Virus record (IMG/VR): IMGVR_UViG_3300027418_000370
Strand: one strand, 5' to 3'
DNA: 64,000 bases
From: a virus
Part shown: one piece after another, positions 1 through 10,118 of the stretch
How the letters are laid out: each line of letters begins with the position of its first letter
Position numbering within the stretch: position 1 is the stretch's first letter
Program-made: the position numbers and the translations under genes
The notes under the pieces: generated by a model
Told to the model about the DNA's origin: nothing
Databases searched by the model: none
The model's input: the letters and a program-made list of their open reading frames with translations, nothing else

Positions 1-3000
1 TCTAGGGCATTATCCATCTTAAATTCCGGTCTAGCTGATGCATCTACGTATGCTATCACGCTAGGATACGGAGCAAGCAATAACAACCAGGCAGAATTAG
101 GATTTTACTTAGCAGGAACAGGATCTGCTAACAATAGATTAAGCTTAGGTCTGTATAACAGCTCAGATACTGTTAATATCTTAGGAAGCGGTAAGGTAGG
201 TATAGGAATCACCAACCCTACCGGTAAAGTAGACATCAATGGATCTTCAGATTATAATCAACTCTGGATTAGAAGTACCGGAGGCAATGCAGCCATTACA
301 TTTGATGTTGAAACAGGTGCTTCTACCTATTATAACTGGAGAATTGATGCCCAAGGTCAAGTAGCAAACGGTATGACCTTTGCTGCTTCTACAACAGCAG
401 GCGGCACAACCTTTGGTACTCCGGTACTAACACTGCTTCAGACAGGTATAGTTAAAATTAACGACTACGGCTCAGGAACTAACACAGGTACACCCGCCTA
501 CGGTCTTGCTGTAGATTCTAGCGGTAACGTTATTGAGACTACACTAGCTACCATCAACGGTTCAGGTACAGCTAACTACGTACCAAAATGGAGTGATAGT
601 GATACGTTAACAGACTCTGTAATTTACCAGAACGGAACTAATGTAGGCATTAACACTACAGCACCATCAGGGTCATTACACATTAAGCAAAGCACTGCAA
701 GTGATCAGGATAAAGGATACGAAGCATCAAACTTCCCAGATCTAAGCACTCAAACAGCCTCAGTGCTTACTTTAGACGGTAACTATACTACCGGAGCATA
801 TAGATCTAGGTTCATAAAGGTAGATAGAGGAGGAAACCTTTCAGTTTACTATCAGGAAACGTCTGGTACCCCTCATGCTTATACAAGTAAGGTAAGATTT
901 GGTGCAAACAGCCATCATCCGGCTGTAATGCAGGTATTTGGACCATTTGAAGCTACTAATCAGATAAGAATCTCTAATGGCTCCGGCGGTCAAAGGCTTA
1001 TTATGGGTAACCGCGATAGCTCTGGTACAGATAACCCGTCAATCATTGAGGCATCCAACGGTAATTTGTATTTTGGTGGTGGAGACACCTGGAACCCATC
1101 TGGTTCTATAGCAGGCGGTACTATGGACTACACCATGACCTTAACCGATAGCGGTAACGTAGGTGTTGGTACTACAGCCCCATCTTATAAACTACAGGTC
1201 TCTGAAACTGACTATGCAAGATTATCCCTCCATCAAACAACAACAGGAGGAATTTGGCAATGGGGTAACGACGGAAGTAATTTATATGCATATTACAGTA
1301 ATACAGGTGTAAGAGCATTAGATATCACAAATAGTGGCAGAGTAGGTATCGGAACTAATAACCCAAGTGCTAAATTAGACATTGGAGGTGCTATACAAAT
1401 CGGAGTAGGCTCAACAACACCAAACATCGCTTACGGCTTATTTGCATACACGAATGTAGGATTAGGTATATACTCAGCAGCTTCAGGCGCTGGGCAAGGT
1501 ATAGGATTTTGGTTAAGTAATGGATCTGCTTACGAAGCCGGTAGATGGCTCTCAGACGGTAATTTAGGTATCGGAACTACTAGTCCTAAATCAAAACTGC
1601 ATGTAGCAGGAGCAGGTAATTCAGCCGGAGGCAACATCATAATAGGTAACGTTAGTGATGGCGTAGGAAAATGGTCCTATATTACGAGTACTCATTATAG
1701 CTCCTCTGCCGAACCAGAAGGATTTGCATTAATTGGCGGTCTATCCTCAGCTACAGCTAATGCTGTGGTTATTGGAGGTAACATTTACGAAAGTAACCCT
1801 TCTACAGAAATACAATTCTGGACTCATACTGCTACTACTCATAATCTAGGCGGTAGTCAGAAGATGGGAATTAGTGGTAATGGAAGCATCAGATTCCATA
1901 GCTACGGTTCAGGTACATTCACAGGTACAGCTGCCTACAACCTTTCGGTAGATTCATCTGGTAATATCATCGAGACTGCTAACCCTTCTTTAACAGGAAC
2001 AGGAACGGCGAACTATGTTACTAAGTGGAGCGGCACTAACACCCTTACTAACTCCGTTATGTACGATGACGGAACTAATATCGGTGTAGGAGAAACATCA
2101 CCGTCTTATAAGTTACATATAGGAGGAACATTTAGAGCATCAAGCCTAGGTTCTTTTGGAGGTAGTGTAGGTATTGGTACTACTAGCCCAACATCAAAAC
2201 TTCAAGTAGAAGGAGGCGATATTTACCTAAACAAAGATAATGCAAGCGCTAATTATTACTTACATTTAAATAAAAAATCAAATCAAGACGGTGGTATTGT
2301 TTTTTATAACAATAATGTTGCCGATTTTCAATTAGTAAATATCTCCTCAGGAGATTTACAATTTTATGCTTACGGATTAGGAGGTCCTGCTCTTAATATA
2401 TTGCGAGCTACAGGTAACGTAGGTATTGGTTCTACAGCACCATCAGCCAGACTAGACGTTTATCAATCCGGCTCTACAGCCTTAAACATAGCTGGTAGCC
2501 AAGGTCAATTATTTAGCGTTACTGATTCACTATCCGGTTCATTAATGTCTGTTAATGATATCTCGGGTATTCCTATTCTAGAAGTGTTCTCTGACGACAG
2601 AGTCGTAGCAGGAACCTTTGGATCTAATGCTCTAGTGGTAAATGGAGCAAATGTGGGAGTAGGAACTTCTAGTCCGCAGGAAAAGCTTCATGTTAGGCAA
2701 ATTAATATAGCCGATAATACCGCTACAACTCTTCTACTACTTGACGGACAATTTAGCGACTCTAGCATTGAAGAAGCCGATATGGTTTCTATTGGATTTA
2801 GGGTAGAAAACTCTAGCGGAGGCTCTCAAACGACCCAGGCTATTTCGTTTGCATACAATAATTACCTCTCTTTAATGAAGGATGGCGGTAATGTTGGTGT
2901 AGGTTCAACAGCGCCTGCTTATAAACTAGACGTTGCAGGTACTGTACAAATTCAAGATTCCCTATACTTAGGCAAAGCTGATACAGCATCAGGTCATATT

Positions 3001-6000
3001 AACGCTTACGAGTTAATGACCTTCAATATCGATACCGATAACGATGATGCTGACACAAGGTATTTTGGATGGTTTAAAAACGGAGCAGCCGGATCAGGTA
3101 CTGCTTTAATGCGTTTAACTGAGACCGGTAATTTAGGTATCGGTACTACCTCACCAGCTACTAAACTACAGGTAGACGGACAGGTTACTATACTTTCAAA
3201 TGCTACAGCAGAATCACCTAAAATACCTAACGCTTTAATTATTGCTAACTCAGACGATGCTACTCAAGCTCTAAGATTAGGATACGATTCAGGATCAGAT
3301 ATAGGTGTAATTGCTGCATCTGATGCAGGTACTGGATGGAAAGGTATTGCTATAGCACCAACCGGAGGTTCAGTAGGGATTGGTTCTTTCTCTCCAGGAT
3401 ACAAACTAGATGTTAACGGTACGGCAGGATTTAGAAGCACAATCTACGCTGCCAATATTGGAACAGGAGAAGATAACTCTGTAGTAGTTTTAGATTCGGA
3501 CGGTACTTTAAGAACCGACGAGATTGATTCAAGAGTCTGGGGATCTACTTTAGTAGATGGATCGGGAGCTGCTAACAGAGTAGCTTACTGGTCGGATGCT
3601 GATACCTTAACCTCTGATGCTGATTTTACTTTTGATGGAACAAGTGTTGGTATTGGGACCACAGCTCCAGCTGACACACTAGATATAAACGGAAACCTCT
3701 ACTTCTCAAAAGGATCAGATCCTAAGATATACGCCGGTTCTGGAGTTGGATTAAATATTGACGGAGAAGCTTTATACTTAAATAGATACACTACCTCTAA
3801 TACTGTTATAGCACTAGGAGGCGGTAATGTAGGTATCGGAACAATCAGCCCTGGGTACAAACTAGACGTATCAGGATCTGTAAGATTAGGAGGTATAGAA
3901 GCCAATAACCTACCTATAAGAATGGGCCACGATAGTACCGCCATCTATATGGGCGGGCTAAATACCAACACCCTAAACGTAGCGTACGATTACAACGGTA
4001 CCTACAATATGCACATTAACTATAATGGCTATTTAGGAGCAGATACCCAGTATAGAAATTTAGTAATCAATGACGGAAGAAGAGGTTTAATTGCTCATTT
4101 TGATGGTGCTTCTAGGTACGTAGGTATTGGTACATACTCACCGGCTGCTACTTTACATGTTGCTGGGGATGCGTTATACGAAGGTAACATGACCGTAGAC
4201 GGTATTATTACCGCTAAAGAATTTCATACTACGTTTGTATCAGCATCTATTATATTCCAATCAGGATCTACACAGTTCGGTAATAGTATAGATGATGTAC
4301 ATACATTTACCGGCAAAACCGAGCTTGCTAGCTACGGAGTAGGAGCTACTGAAATATACACCTACCAGGTTATCACCAGTACATCAACTACCAGCAATGA
4401 GACCTTTGATCTATATTTAGGTAGATTTGGTAACGGATACCATAAGGTAGTACTATGGGCTAGCGGGTACGGTACTGATGTAGGTAACTACTTTGATATA
4501 ACCAGAAGTTGGGGTACATCTAGTGCTCCTAGGATAATTTCAAGTGGAGGATTCCGCGTAGGAGCAGCAACATACACTATTCACTGGTCCCAGGTTAGTA
4601 ATAGTGCTTACGACCTGTATATTAAATGGACTGCAGGTATGCCTAGCGGCTATACCAACACAATTAACTACTCTATACAGTCTAATACAGGAGGCAGCTA
4701 CGTTCAATTTGAATATCCGAGTGTAACTGTACCAACCCTTAACGCATCAAATCAGGTAGCTGTTGTCACTACAATGGACTACGGTAATGCTAAAGTGGGT
4801 ATCGGTATCACCAACCCAGCTTATGCAAACTTGACTGTATCAGCTGGTAGCCACCAAGGATTTGCTGTAACAAGAGCCGGAAACAATGTCCCTGCTTTAT
4901 TCTTAGGTAATGACGGCGGTAGTACAGCACGTATTGCTGCAAATAATGCAAATCTACAAATTGGTAGAGATTTAAGTGATACCTTTACTCCCTACGTAAC
5001 TGTAGAAAACGATAGCGGTAACGTAGGAATAGGTATAACAACCCCAGTAGTCAAACTTGATATTGTAGATAACTCTGCAAAAGCAAGCGGAGTCGACGAA
5101 GCCGTAATAAGAATCAAAAGTACAGATCAATACGGAGCTTCTATACACATGTCCGGTTCTTCAAACTGGAGACTTATATCTACTGGTGCTTCAAGCACAC
5201 CAGGCGGCGGTGATTTTGGATTCTACAACGACGCCGGCAGCAGCTATAGAATGGTAATCCAAGGAGCAGACGGTAACGTAGGTATTGGAGTAACAAACCC
5301 AGGCGATAAGCTTCAAGTAGTAGGTAATGGAGGATTTGCCTTAGGATTATCAACCACAGGTGAAAGCTACTCTTTAAGTTCTTCAGCTCGAGGTTCAGTA
5401 TACGAAGTAGCCGGAACTGTTGCTAGAATTGTATCTTCTCCAGACAGTGTAAATTCTGCAGCGTTAATAAACTTTAATGCTTACAATTCATCAAACGGTG
5501 CTACTGGAGCATTTTTAGGAGCACTAGCTGGTGATACAGGTAATGGTCCTGCAAGTTTAGTATTTGGAAGAAGAACCGGAACTACTGCCTGGGGAGAAAC
5601 GATGCGTATTGCTTCTAACGGTAACGTAGGTATCGGTACCTCATCTCCTTCTAACAAACTTGAGGTAGCTGGAGGAGTAACCGCGACATCGTTTACTGGG
5701 TCCCTACAGGGTAACATCACCGGAACAGCAGGTAGTGAAACTCTAGCAACAGTAACCGGAAGAGGTAATACAACCACTCAGAATATTGAGATAGTACATA
5801 GCACAGGTCAAGGATTCTACTCAGGTCCAGGTTCATTCCAATCTTTCGGTTCAGGTGTATCTACCATTCTACTGCAAGGAACTGCAACAAACGGTAGAGC
5901 AGGTGCTATATGGTTTAAAGGAGTAGCTGGTGATGATGTAGCATCACTATATGTAACTGACGATGTTCAAGACGATTACGGAACAACATTAGTAGCGTAT

Positions 6001-8397
6001 TCAGGAAGCATTAGATTTGCCACTGAGACATTAGCATCTGAGAAGATGACTATTACCCCAGCCGGTAACGTCGGTATAGGAAGTGACAGCCCAGCGTATA
6101 AGTTAGATGTAAACGGAGGATCAAATGCATCTGTTGCTAGATTCTATAATTCCTCAGCAACTACAACCGTACTCTACTACGGTGATACTGGAAATACTCA
6201 GTATACTGAAACACAGTACCTTGCCAATGGCGGAGGAGTAGGATCGATATTCAAAGCCGGTACCGGATATACAAACTACGGAGGAGCAAGAGCATTTAAC
6301 ATCTACAACAGCGATGGCGGTATTTCACTTCTTCCAGACAACGCTACATCACCTATCTTATTTGCAACAGGAAGTAATGTCGGTATTGGTACTACTACTC
6401 CAAACAAACAATTAACTTTTTCTCAAAGGACAGACGATGCCATTCAAATACGAAGATTAACAACAAGTGAGGGTAATCCATCAATAGGAACCGGTATATC
6501 TTGGACCTGGACCAGCGCTACAACAGACAATGAAACTTGGGCTGCTATTAGAGTCATAATGCCAGGTAACGGCAATAGTAATATGACATTTAGCACCACG
6601 CCAAGTTCAGGCGCATCTGGATTAACGGAAAGAATGCGAATTACTGATGCAGGTAACGTAGGTATTGGTAATACAAACGCAATCACTAAACTGCACGTAG
6701 CTACTGCCGGTCGTCCATTTACCTCTACTGCCGATAAGAGTAACGGAGATATGGTTGGTATAGTATTAACAGCTAATACCAACGAAAATACCATGAATGG
6801 TATCTGGTTCTCTTCAGGAACCGATCACTCAGGTACTCACTGGTCCGGTATTGCCGGTAGTAGAAGTGACTACGCTACCAACTGGTCAACACATCTAGCA
6901 TTCTTCACTCACGTTAATGCAACAACTAATATCACTCAGGCAACTGAGAAGATGAGAATTACCGGTGAAGGCAGCGTAGGTATTGGTACTACCAGTCCTG
7001 GAGCTAAGTTACAGGTTCATTCTCCTGCTCTTGGTACTACCGCAGGAGATCAGGTATATCAATCTATGTTCTATGGGAGTAATGGAAATGGTTCCTACTT
7101 AGAAATAAAAGATGTAAGAGATATCAACGGCACAGACTGGACAAGTGCCGGTAAACGTATTCAGCTGCGAATTGATAGTACCTATATGGGTTACATTCAA
7201 TTTAATGGATATAATAACAACTACGGAATATCGTTCGGTACCGGAGGTACAACATCTGCCCCAGGTGATGTCAGCCAGAGAATGGTAATTACTAGCGCCG
7301 GTCAAGTAACTATAAATAATAATGCTGCAGCTAGTACTGCTGCTACAAACTTTAGAGTCTACGGTTACGATAGTGATTCGTACTTTAGACTTGGAAATAA
7401 TACAAGTAACTCTCTTGACATTGAGCTTACACGCAGCGATGCTGCTACCATGTTTAGTGTTGATGGACATAGCGGTATTGCGTACTTTGCAGGTAGCGTA
7501 GGTATTGGAAATACTAGCCCAACAGCTAAACTGCAAGTGGGTGCTGAAGCTCACGGTAGTGCAACCGGTATTGAAGTGGCTGCCGGAACAAGCGGTGCAA
7601 ACCTACTTGCTATAGACGACACATACAACCACAACTGGTTCCCTTATACGGATGGAAACAACTACTACTCAGCAGGAGGACATACTTTCAGAGACCAGAC
7701 ACATTCAACAGTCTGGATGTTTATTAGCTCTAGCGGCTGTATAGGTATTGGAACAGTTACTCCAAGTTTTAAACTTGATGTAACAGGCGACTTAAGAGCT
7801 ACATCAAATATTATAGCAAACGGATATACCGTTACAGATGGTGTAATACACCACGCCAGTAATATTAATGTACTTAATAAGGCAAGTAGCGGGTGGCTAA
7901 CCTGGGCTACTAGAAATACATCAGGAGCAGAAGTAGTAGTTGATTTAGACTATATAGGAAGTGTAAGTACATCCGGGAATATAACAGCAGGAGGTACAGT
8001 AAGTACCTCTAGAGTTAGCGTTGATAGTACAATAGTATTCGATACTAAGACTATGACTATGACTGATTCATTCTCTGATGCATTAACCGTTACTATGAAT
8101 AATCATACCGGATGTTATGTTAAGATAACAGCATTTGGTGACTGGGGCAGCCACTCCTCTATTTCCTACCTCGGAGAATTCTTCCTACAGAATGGAGCAG
8201 GAAGCTACAACGAACCAGGTAGAATCATAAGACAGGTGGACAACACGTATACCGATCACATTGAAGCTCAGATTGTAGATCCAGGCGGTACATCAGGAGC
8301 TAGGGACTTTGTAATACAGTTAAAAGCTACGGCAGCAGCATCATTTACTGCGTACCTGCAGTATGAAGTAAGAGGTATGTTTAACTCCGTTTCATAA
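1..8397 (+). CDS. Giant modular fibre/adhesin protein (5'-truncated, >2790 aa) with GNVGIGT repeats
   Basis: Frame is open from base 1 (SRALSILNSG...KVGIGITNP), so the gene starts before the window. Dozens of GNVGIGTxxPxxKLxV beta-repeats separated by variable spacers. Confidence 0.85.
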   Translation, partial: SRALSILNSGLADASTYAITLGYGASNNNQAELGFYLAGTGSANNRLSLGLYNSSDTVNILGSGKVGIGITNPTGKVDINGSSDYNQLWIRSTGGNAAITFDVETGASTYYNWRIDAQGQVANGMTFAASTTAGGTTFGTPVLTLLQTGIVKINDYGSGTNTGTPAYGLAVDSSGNVIETTLATINGSGTANYVPKWSDSDTLTDSVIYQNGTNVGINTTAPSGSLHIKQSTASDQDKGYEASNFPDLSTQTASVLTLDGNYTTGAYRSRFIKVDRGGNLSVYYQETSGTPHAYTSKVRFGANSHHPAVMQVFGPFEATNQIRISNGSGGQRLIMGNRDSSGTDNPSIIEASNGNLYFGGGDTWNPSGSIAGGTMDYTMTLTDSGNVGVGTTAPSYKLQVSETDYARLSLHQTTTGGIWQWGNDGSNLYAYYSNTGVRALDITNSGRVGIGTNNPSAKLDIGGAIQIGVGSTTPNIAYGLFAYTNVGLGIYSAASGAGQGIGFWLSNGSAYEAGRWLSDGNLGIGTTSPKSKLHVAGAGNSAGGNIIIGNVSDGVGKWSYITSTHYSSSAEPEGFALIGGLSSATANAVVIGGNIYESNPSTEIQFWTHTATTHNLGGSQKMGISGNGSIRFHSYGSGTFTGTAAYNLSVDSSGNIIETANPSLTGTGTANYVTKWSGTNTLTNSVMYDDGTNIGVGETSPSYKLHIGGTFRASSLGSFGGSVGIGTTSPTSKLQVEGGDIYLNKDNASANYYLHLNKKSNQDGGIVFYNNNVADFQLVNISSGDLQFYAYGLGGPALNILRATGNVGIGSTAPSARLDVYQSGSTALNIAGSQGQLFSVTDSLSGSLMSVNDISGIPILEVFSDDRVVAGTFGSNALVVNGANVGVGTSSPQEKLHVRQINIADNTATTLLLLDGQFSDSSIEEADMVSIGFRVENSSGGSQTTQAISFAYNNYLSLMKDGGNVGVGSTAPAYKLDVAGTVQIQDSLYLGKADTASGHINAYELMTFNIDTDNDDADTRYFGWFKNGAAGSGTALMRLTETGNLGIGTTSPATKLQVDGQVTILSNATAESPKIPNALIIANSDDATQALRLGYDSGSDIGVIAASDAGTGWKGIAIAPTGGSVGIGSFSPGYKLDVNGTAGFRSTIYAANIGTGEDNSVVVLDSDGTLRTDEIDSRVWGSTLVDGSGAANRVAYWSDADTLTSDADFTFDGTSVGIGTTAPADTLDINGNLYFSKGSDPKIYAGSGVGLNIDGEALYLNRYTTSNTVIALGGGNVGIGTISPGYKLDVSGSVRLGGIEANNLPIRMGHDSTAIYMGGLNTNTLNVAYDYNGTYNMHINYNGYLGADTQYRNLVINDGRRGLIAHFDGASRYVGIGTYSPAATLHVAGDALYEGNMTVDGIITAKEFHTTFVSASIIFQSGSTQFGNSIDDVHTFTGKTELASYGVGATEIYTYQVITSTSTTSNETFDLYLGRFGNGYHKVVLWASGYGTDVGNYFDITRSWGTSSAPRIISSGGFRVGAATYTIHWSQVSNSAYDLYIKWTAGMPSGYTNTINYSIQSNTGGSYVQFEYPSVTVPTLNASNQVAVVTTMDYGNAKVGIGITNPAYANLTVSAGSHQGFAVTRAGNNVPALFLGNDGGSTARIAANNANLQIGRDLSDTFTPYVTVENDSGNVGIGITTPVVKLDIVDNSAKASGVDEAVIRIKSTDQYGASIHMSGSSNWRLISTGASSTPGGGDFGFYNDAGSSYRMVIQGADGNVGIGVTNPGDKLQVVGNGGFALGLSTTGESYSLSSSARGSVYEVAGTVARIVSSPDSVNSAALINFNAYNSSNGATGAFLGALAGDTGNGPASLVFGRRTGTTAWGETMRIASNGNVGIGTSSPSNKLEVAGGVTATSFTGSLQGNITGTAGSETLATVTGRGNTTTQNIEIVHSTGQGFYSGPGSFQSFGSGVSTILLQGTATNGRAGAIWFKGVAGDDVASLYVTDDVQDDYGTTLVAYSGSIRFATETLASEKMTITPAGNVGIGSDSPAYKLDVNGGSNASVARFYNSSATTTVLYYGDTGNTQYTETQYLANGGGVGSIFKAGTGYTNYGGARAFNIYNSDGGISLLPDNATSPILFATGSNVGIGTTTPNKQLTFSQRTDDAIQIRRLTTSEGNPSIGTGISWTWTSATTDNETWAAIRVIMPGNGNSNMTFSTTPSSGASGLTERMRITDAGNVGIGNTNAITKLHVATAGRPFTSTADKSNGDMVGIVLTANTNENTMNGIWFSSGTDHSGTHWSGIAGSRSDYATNWSTHLAFFTHVNATTNITQATEKMRITGEGSVGIGTTSPGAKLQVHSPALGTTAGDQVYQSMFYGSNGNGSYLEIKDVRDINGTDWTSAGKRIQLRIDSTYMGYIQFNGYNNNYGISFGTGGTTSAPGDVSQRMVITSAGQVTINNNAAASTAATNFRVYGYDSDSYFRLGNNTSNSLDIELTRSDAATMFSVDGHSGIAYFAGSVGIGNTSPTAKLQVGAEAHGSATGIEVAAGTSGANLLAIDDTYNHNWFPYTDGNNYYSAGGHTFRDQTHSTVWMFISSSGCIGIGTVTPSFKLDVTGDLRATSNIIANGYTVTDGVIHHASNINVLNKASSGWLTWATRNTSGAEVVVDLDYIGSVSTSGNITAGGTVSTSRVSVDSTIVFDTKTMTMTDSFSDALTVTMNNHTGCYVKITAFGDWGSHSSISYLGEFFLQNGAGSYNEPGRIIRQVDNTYTDHIEAQIVDPGGTSGARDFVIQLKATAAASFTAYLQYEVRGMFNSVS

Positions 8398-8406
8398 TTA
8401 TAAGAT

Positions 8407-10092
8407 ATGGCTAATCAAACTATAGCAGGATTTCACGACAGGGACGGTAATATAGGCGTCGGTACAACAGCACCAGAAAACCGTCTACACCTAGGACCAA
8501 ACTCAGGTAATGTTAAGCTAGCACTTGAATGGAGTGATAGTCATTCAGCAACCTCAGGAGAAGCTTACTCAACAATCTACACCTCAGGCCAAGGAGGTAC
8601 TTATCCATTTAGCGGCAGAGGTAACCTAGTCTTACAACCAAGAAATACTGACGGCAATGGTTCAGGTGATTTAGTTGTAATGACAGGAGCAACAGCTACA
8701 CCAAAGTTAGTTGTTCAAGCAGGAGGTAACGTAGGTATTGGAACTGTTTCACCAACAGCCCAGCTTCATGTAACAGCTTCTAAATCTACTGCCTGGTTAG
8801 CAGTACTGGATAATAGCTCAGACAGCGGCCACGGACTATACATTAAAGCAGGCGGCACCTCAGGTACCCGTTACATAACCCAATGGAGAGATGCAGCAGG
8901 AACAGAAAGATTCCACATGCAAGATACCGGAGAGATGTATGCCCCTAGTATCGGAACAGGTACTGATAATTCTGTTGTTGTCTTAAATTCATCCGGTTAC
9001 TTTAAGACCGACGAGATTGACTCTAGAGTTTGGGGATCTACTTTAGTAGACGGATCAGGAACAGCTAACTATATTACTAAATGGTCTGATGCTGATACGC
9101 TTACTAATTCCGTTATGTATGATGACGGTACAAATATCGGTATTGGCATTACTACACCATCAGCAAAAGTAGACGTATATCAATCCGGTTCTACAGCCTT
9201 TAACGTAGCCGGTTCACAAGGACAGCTCTTTAGCGTTACTGATTCTCTATCAGGATCACTAATGTCTGTAAATGATATTTCGGGTATTCCAATCCTAGAG
9301 GTGTTCTCGGATGATAGAGTTGTGATGGGGCAGTACGGCACAAATGCTCTAGTAGTCAATGGAACGAGTGTAGGTGTAGGCACATCAGCACCTGTATTAC
9401 CATTACATGTTAGAGGTCAAGCTCAAATAGGAAGCAACGGTAACCAGCTTGCACACGCTGCACTACAGGTATCAGCCGGAGAAGGAGGTGCTACTCTTTA
9501 TAGAGACATTGATATTAAAGGGGCTTGGTCTTCAAACGAAGGTCACGCTATTACAGCAACCCATTCTTCTACCGCCAGTAACATTGTAGGGCAGATGGTG
9601 TTTGAATATAACAGCCCAGGATCTAGAATTAAGTGGGGTAGATTATATCATAGCGGTGACCAGTCTACCTATCCAATGCAGCTGGTGAGTAACGGTTCTA
9701 ATGCTAATTTAGGTATCGGTACCGGTTCACCTGCCTACCAATTAGACGTTACAGGTACCATCCGTGCTACTGGTGACGTTATTGCATACTCTGACCGTAG
9801 AGTCAAGCAAGATATTGTAACGTTAGAGAACTCAGTAGACTTAGTTAAGAAGTTAAGAGGTGTATCTTACAAGAAGATCGGTGAAGACGATCAGAAGATC
9901 GGGGTAATTGCACAAGAAATCTTAGAAGTACTACCGCAAGTAGTATCAAAAGATGAGAATGGTATGTATTCGGTAGCGTACGGCAACATGGCCGGCCTAT
10001 TTATAGAAGCGATCAAGGAGCAACAACAGCATATTGAGACCTTAGAAGAGCGCATACAAAAGCTTGAGCAGTTACTAACCCAAAAGCCTTAA
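8407..10092 (+). CDS. Tail fibre protein with C-terminal peptidase S74 intramolecular chaperone
   Basis: GNVGIG repeats; ends SDRRVKQDI...LRGVSY...GVIAQE...VAYG...EAIKEQQ coiled coil (SDxRxK autocleavage motif). Confidence 0.88.
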   Translation: MANQTIAGFHDRDGNIGVGTTAPENRLHLGPNSGNVKLALEWSDSHSATSGEAYSTIYTSGQGGTYPFSGRGNLVLQPRNTDGNGSGDLVVMTGATATPKLVVQAGGNVGIGTVSPTAQLHVTASKSTAWLAVLDNSSDSGHGLYIKAGGTSGTRYITQWRDAAGTERFHMQDTGEMYAPSIGTGTDNSVVVLNSSGYFKTDEIDSRVWGSTLVDGSGTANYITKWSDADTLTNSVMYDDGTNIGIGITTPSAKVDVYQSGSTAFNVAGSQGQLFSVTDSLSGSLMSVNDISGIPILEVFSDDRVVMGQYGTNALVVNGTSVGVGTSAPVLPLHVRGQAQIGSNGNQLAHAALQVSAGEGGATLYRDIDIKGAWSSNEGHAITATHSSTASNIVGQMVFEYNSPGSRIKWGRLYHSGDQSTYPMQLVSNGSNANLGIGTGSPAYQLDVTGTIRATGDVIAYSDRRVKQDIVTLENSVDLVKKLRGVSYKKIGEDDQKIGVIAQEILEVLPQVVSKDENGMYSVAYGNMAGLFIEAIKEQQQHIETLEERIQKLEQLLTQKP

Positions 10093-10096
10093 GAGC

Positions 10097-10104
10097 TATT
10101 TATA
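10097..10104 (+). promoter_or_regulatory. Putative late promoter TATTTATA (giant fibre gene)
   Basis: Located in the 26-nt intergenic gap. Confidence 0.7.
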
Positions 10105-10118
10105 CTTAAAGAGAGTTC

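Noticed and set aside
8395-8409. Read-through fusion of the first two fibre genes (same frame)
   Set aside because: Two in-frame TAA stops separate them.
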